DNA from: Cyanidioschyzon merolae
Taxonomy: Eukaryota
Assembly: GCA_000091205.1 (NCBI GenBank)
Contig: AP006500.2
Strand: one strand, 5' to 3'
Length of the DNA: 64,000 bases
The notes under the pieces are model-generated. The model did no database searches, was not told the DNA's origin, and worked only from the letters and a program-made list of their open reading frames with translations. The number at the start of each line of letters is the position of its first letter. The stretch's first letter is position 1. Shown in pieces: positions 59,241 through 64,000 of the stretch. The position numbers and the translations under genes are program-made.

Positions 59241-60924
59241 CCTCATTCCCCAGGCCGTGACTCCATCTCTGAGACGTTCACCTCACTCGACGGGCATCAG
59301 AAGCATCCTGGTGCGCAGGGCACTTCATGTTGATGATTCCTATCGCTGTGCTTTAGGGGTCTGGATGCGCGACCGCTTCGCGAACCTGCACCGCTCGGTA
59401 CCGTTTGAAATGATCACGACGTTCTGGTCAAGCAACGACGTGTGCAGCGGATCGCCAACGCTTTGGAAGAGCGAGCGAGCGAGCGAGCGAGCCAGCTACG
59501 TCCATATCGAAAGAGGGACTGGACTAGGTTCACGTGGCTGACTCTGGCGTGCACGCTCGAGTTTGGACCTATTGACATCGTTGTGAACATCAGCATGTTT
59601 GCGACGCTTTTGTAACCGTGTCGTTTTCCCCACTCTTATATCCGACTGTGAAAACATTGGTCTGTCTTTTGACGCCAGATGTGTTGCCGTCAGTCGAAGG
59701 ACGTTGATGGTCGCGTGCAAGTCCCGAATGCACCGCCATTGCCTCTTGTCGACGCTTTTTATGAACAGGCGCATGAGGAGATCTTCGCTTTGCTTGACGG
59801 TTTCATTCTGTTTGCAGACAGCCTCGGTGCACGCTTCGCAGCAGTGACACTTTGCTGCGGTCCGGTATTCGCAGGCGTCCACCTGACCTGGTCTCTCGCC
59901 GGCCGTCATAGTTGGTGCGTAAAAGCTTGCCTCGTCGCTCGTTACGTGCCTGTGACGGGTACAGAGGGTGCCCCTTCGACGCTGTCGTCCGTTTTCCGCG
60001 CCCGTGGTGTACGCTTCGATCACCGGCTTCTTCTGGGCGATGCTCTCCGCGCGAGTACTCCGTCTGCCGCACACACGCGCACGCGTTTCCGTTCGTGAAA
60101 GGATTTGTGGAACGGAACCCGTCCGTGATGAAAGAAGAACTGGAAGCACAATCCATTCTGGAGAGCAGTCCCAAAAGTTCGAACTGTCTTCGCCACCTTG
60201 AAGCGATTGCCGTTATGACTCAAGCCCGAATGACTGCCAGACACGCTCCCATGCACACCCAAGAGCTGGGCACGTCTCGGAGCATATCCCGTGATACGTT
60301 GCATGCTGGAGTCGAATGGCGTCTCGTCAAAGCGTAGATCCCGATGGAGACGAGTTTTACCACCAGAAGCGATTGTTTCGCAAGTTCATTGAACTTTCCG
60401 CACGAACCTGTGAACAAGTCGTCGAGGGACAATGGCTCGTGCTTTCCATCGTGCATTGCGCGGCGAGTACTGATGCAACCACAAGTTTATTTCGAAAAAG
60501 AACGATAAAAAACTTGGAGAATGCCTGAAACAAGCGTGCTACCCGAATGGAAAGGACAAGTCTTAAACCCATTCCGAATGTATTCGATATTCATAGATCG
60601 CATACCTTACGAAAGCTTCATTGAGAGCGTCGTAAATCATCCTGATTTCAATCGCATCACGATTTCCAGCTGCCGAGCATCTAAGCAGCCACTCCGGAAA
60701 CAACTCTCAAGGAATCCGTAGAATTTGATTTTCAAATGCCGATTTTCGGCACTTTACAATTAGGAAAATACTTCGAAAACAGATATCGCAAGCCAGGACC
60801 ATACCGAACACTTCACTACCCGGTTTCTTTCTCTGACACGGTTGTAGCCGCAATACTGAGGTTTCGAATATCGAGCGCATGCCTTACTAACGTCCTCGCA
60901 GTTGCCTCCGTGCATCGATACCCA

Positions 60925-63654
60925 CTAGATGGCGAAAGCAAACCAGCGACTGAGAACCGAACGACTGCGATGCAGATGCGCTGTAAACTCCTCGGGTTCG
61001 TGGTATTCGAATACAACGTGCAAAGGCAGGTTCGGGATCGTGTACAGTGTCAGCATTTCAAAGGAGTTTGTCGCTTGTCGTGTCTTCAGAGCAAGTTCCA
61101 GCTCTCGTTCAAGCGTCTCCCACATGGCAATTTTCTCGTGGATCGAGTCCACATAGAGGCACTCGGTTATGGCAATGTTCCACGCCAGGCGCAAGCTGGC
61201 ATACAAAAGCTCCACCGGGGCACGCGAGCCACACCAGATGAAGAGACGCGTATCGCCGAGCCATTCGTTCTCCTCGGGACGCACGGCAGCCAGTGCATGA
61301 CTCGGTGGATCGTGCACCATCGATTGGGTACCGACCGAGACCGAACGGCGATGTCGTACCCGATTGACTGGTTCAGCGGCGGGCTCTGGAGCTGAACCCG
61401 TGGGATACCGCTCCAGAATGGAGTCCGCCAGACGCCCTAAGAAGGTAGCGCTGAACGGTGTATGCAGCACGTAGCATCGATCGGAGGCGATGCGAATTCG
61501 TCGCTGCAGTTTGCCGGTGTAGAAGCTGTGGCATCCCGACGCTCGTCGTACGCTACGCTGCGTAGTGGCGGCGTCCTGCTGGGCGCCACTGCCAGCATCC
61601 AGAGCACCGACGCTGTGCGGTTCCCCGGAGCGCTCTGTTTCATGCCCCGGGGAAAGCGGTGATCGGAACGAGCGCAACAGCAACAGGTATCGCATTCCGC
61701 GGTGACCTGTGGGACTCGGCATGCCGCGGTATTTTTCGAGGCGAAACAGCCGTAGCTTGAGCAGTTCATCAACCTCCTCGGGACGCAGCAGCGTGCACTT
61801 ATCCGATGTATGTGGTTGCGTATCTGCAGGACACTCTGTTGATGAACCCAGAGTCCACATCGAAAGCAGGTTCGTTAGTCGGCTCGTGGAAAACTGGGAG
61901 ATGCAGCGAAATGGTGCTGCGTTTGCTACCGTACTCGAAGCGCGGCCAGATGAGGCTCTCTCTCCCGATGGCATTCGTTGTGCATAACCGCAGTTCGTCG
62001 CAATGGAGCGCTCTCTGACTTTGTGTTTCGCAGCTTCTCCGGTAGAGGCAGCGCCATCACTCGCTGTTGGCGACGCTGCAGACGTGGGCATCGAAGGCTC
62101 CAGTGCCCGATTCTGGTGATGCGTCGCCGCGAACGTGTTCTGGAAGAGAGCGTTGCGCGCGGTCATCGCAGCGTAGGCAAAGTCTCCGGTCTGGCCAAGG
62201 AGGGCGTTGCGCATTGCGGCGCGGTAGCGCCCAATAAGAATGCGAAGTTCGATCTCAGACAGTGCATCCAGAAAAGCCGCGTTCGGGCAGGCGGTTGGTC
62301 GAACCCGCAGCAGCTGGCGGACGGCCTCCTCCAAAGGCCAGATACTTTCCCTAATCAGCAGGTAAGCGAGAGCGAGTGCACTCGACCGTGAGATGCCTTG
62401 ATAGCAATGAATGAGAACTCGCCCGCCTGCTACTCGAGCAGCGTCTATGAAGTCGCAAACTGGATAAAAGAGTTGCATCATTTCTTCGGTTGCGAAGCGT
62501 TCATCCCGATCCTGGATGAAGAGCGGCAGATAACGGAATTCGTTTTCAAAGAAATTCGGCACTTCGAGTCCCGAGGCGTTCACAATATGCGTGATGCCGT
62601 GGTGCTGAAGCAGAGCCGCATTGGCAGCTGGTTTTCGCCCACTGACGCCTAGATAACTGCGAACGAACGAAATGCTCTCCGACAGGTGCTGCACAAGGCT
62701 CGATACGTCCTGCCCGGATACGGGCGTTACGGGTGGTAACGTTGCCTCCGTATAGCCTGCAGCTTTCCCTGAAGTTGTGGACGCGTCCGGTGTGAGCGAT
62801 TCCGGTCGCCCCGACGCTGCGGTCGCGTGCAGCCGAAGCGGCGACCGACTGCGAAGGCGGCTCACCCAGCCCAAGGATCCAGCACGCGACCGATGGCCGA
62901 CACCATTTTCAGTACCGTAAACAGACCGATTTCCAGTCTGGGATGACCGAGGCTGACCCGAGCTCGTTCCCGGAGGTGACAACGGTTGGGCTGCATCCGT
63001 GCGACGTTCAGTGCTGCAGTCAGCGTTCGCGCGCTGCGCTGCCGGGCAATCGGGACTCTCGGATCCCGTGCTGCACTTGGTTTTCCGAGTCTCGGCTTCT
63101 ACCTGCGAAGCCAAATCTTGCCACCAATCGTCTCGTTCGCCATTGGATCGAGAACGGCTTCGGAACCGCCTTCGTGTCATGTTGCCCTCAATACTCCAGC
63201 CCAGTTCAGAGAGAAAATGTTTGGATTGCTGTTGTTGTTGTTGTTGTTGCTGCTGCTGCTGATCTTCTGCGGCCGGTATTGCAAAGCGTGCGAGCCCATC
63301 TTCGTTTGCAGCACACGATCGGCTGCAGGTCGCGGCGAGTTCCGAACGATAAATCGGACATGTCGCCACCGTGCTGAGATCCAAACTAGGCAGGCTTGTG
63401 GGTGTTGAGGTTCGACTCCCCAGTGAGCGCGCGCTGTTCAAGTCCTCTGCGTGTGAAGCTCTTATCGGTGTCGTCGGAATTACGAGGGTATCTGGCTTTG
63501 CATATTCGGCGGAGAAGCGCACCTCACTCCCGTGGCCTAGCTGTGGGCCAGTCCCGCGTTGCGAGCAAGAATGACAGGGTCGTGCATGGGCGTCCGGCGT
63601 TTTCGGCAGCCCGAAATGTTTCGCGTGCTCGCCGCTCTCCAGCAAAGGACACAT
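60925..63654 (-). CDS. Dual-specificity protein phosphatase (DUSP catalytic domain) embedded in a large low-complexity protein with a long polyQ tract
   Basis: The DSPc domain runs GITHIVNASGLEVPNFFENEFRYLPLFIQDRDE...GRVLIHCYQGISRSSALALAYLLI, carrying the HCxxGxxRS active-site signature. A Q13 run (from CTG/CAG repeats) sits near the N-terminus. The antisense ORF 60736..61395 is considered spurious. Confidence 0.75.
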   Translation of the reverse strand: MCPLLESGEHAKHFGLPKTPDAHARPCHSCSQRGTGPQLGHGSEVRFSAEYAKPDTLVIPTTPIRASHAEDLNSARSLGSRTSTPTSLPSLDLSTVATCPIYRSELAATCSRSCAANEDGLARFAIPAAEDQQQQQQQQQQQQSKHFLSELGWSIEGNMTRRRFRSRSRSNGERDDWWQDLASQVEAETRKTKCSTGSESPDCPAAQRANADCSTERRTDAAQPLSPPGTSSGQPRSSQTGNRSVYGTENGVGHRSRAGSLGWVSRLRSRSPLRLHATAASGRPESLTPDASTTSGKAAGYTEATLPPVTPVSGQDVSSLVQHLSESISFVRSYLGVSGRKPAANAALLQHHGITHIVNASGLEVPNFFENEFRYLPLFIQDRDERFATEEMMQLFYPVCDFIDAARVAGGRVLIHCYQGISRSSALALAYLLIRESIWPLEEAVRQLLRVRPTACPNAAFLDALSEIELRILIGRYRAAMRNALLGQTGDFAYAAMTARNALFQNTFAATHHQNRALEPSMPTSAASPTASDGAASTGEAAKHKVRERSIATNCGYAQRMPSGERASSGRASSTVANAAPFRCISQFSTSRLTNLLSMWTLGSSTECPADTQPHTSDKCTLLRPEEVDELLKLRLFRLEKYRGMPSPTGHRGMRYLLLLRSFRSPLSPGHETERSGEPHSVGALDAGSGAQQDAATTQRSVRRASGCHSFYTGKLQRRIRIASDRCYVLHTPFSATFLGRLADSILERYPTGSAPEPAAEPVNRVRHRRSVSVGTQSMVHDPPSHALAAVRPEENEWLGDTRLFIWCGSRAPVELLYASLRLAWNIAITECLYVDSIHEKIAMWETLERELELALKTRQATNSFEMLTLYTIPNLPLHVVFEYHEPEEFTAHLHRSRSVLSRWFAFAI

Positions 63655-64000
63655 TGTGCTGGACTAGGCGTCTGTGAGCGACCACGCAGAACTCTATCAC
63701 CAGCGCAAGATCCGCGCCAAGTATCTGGCCCAGCGCTGTAGCAATTATATCCGCAAGAAACACCCTCAAAAGCTCGTTCAACCAGGCTCGGCTGGGTGCC
63801 ACCTCAAGAGCGCCCTGTGAGCGTGTACTGCCGTCGGTTCGCACGGCACCAATTGCCCCTCTACCGCGGGATCCCGTGTCTCAGAATAGGGTCCGAAGTA
63901 CCTGCGTTGAAAAGTCTGAGGTTACTTTCACCTCAGCGCTTCGCTAACTCGGTGAGCGCTCAGAAGAGGCGCTGCGGCGTTACCGCTACGAACGTGGTCC

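Noticed and set aside
63380-63440. tRNA-like T-loop motif ggttcgactcc at ~63411
   Set aside because: Flanking sequence lacks a complementary acceptor stem, a D-arm (no GG..TA(G)C..A(G)G pattern) and an anticodon arm at the expected spacing. It also lies inside the DUSP coding region on the opposite strand.

Overview
This window reads as nuclear DNA from a GC-rich (~58-60% by eye), intron-poor eukaryote. Several uninterrupted ORFs of 900-1660 aa carry clear eukaryotic domain signatures, and CAG/GCN trinucleotide tracts are frequent. No rRNA, tRNA or CRISPR was found.

Recognisable single-exon genes, in order:
- adaptin-like AP-complex large subunit (-)
- Sel1-like repeat protein (+)
- PHD-finger protein (-)
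- FKBP-type PPIase with a twin-arginine, lumen-type presequence (+)
- UppS-type cis-prenyltransferase (-)
- Gfo/Idh/MocA (inositol-2-dehydrogenase-like) oxidoreductase (+)
- NAD-dependent glycerol-3-phosphate dehydrogenase (-)
- TFIIA small (gamma) subunit (-)
- DDX5/Dbp2-type DEAD-box helicase (+)
- condensin subunit 1 (Cnd1/NCAPD2) (+)
- large BTB-like protein (-)
- PAP2 lipid phosphate phosphatase (+)
- large TPR-like helical protein (-)
- dual-specificity phosphatase (-)

Accessory content:
1. Three decayed copies of a TnpB/Fanzor-like RuvC nuclease element, with a DPGNT RuvC-I motif, a degenerate zinc ribbon and an NRDxNAAxNI RuvC-III motif. Copy A lies at 26.6-28.4 kb; copies B and C sit head-to-head at 34.3-36.4 kb. 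All three share ~300 nt of conserved sequence downstream of the RuvC-III motif, which is a candidate omegaRNA scaffold.
2. A foldback-like structure at 1.9-5.8 kb: ~1.4-1.6 kb near-identical inverted arms containing a 109-bp tandem repeat (3 copies on one arm, 1 on the other), flanking a 940-bp unique core with one ORF. A diverged partial copy of the arm lies near 10.2-10.5 kb.
3. A class-3 lipase pseudogene with an in-frame TGA immediately before the GHSLGG nucleophile elbow.
4. Several tandem repeats and microsatellites, including a 71-bp x4 TATA-containing array abutting the oxidoreductase gene.
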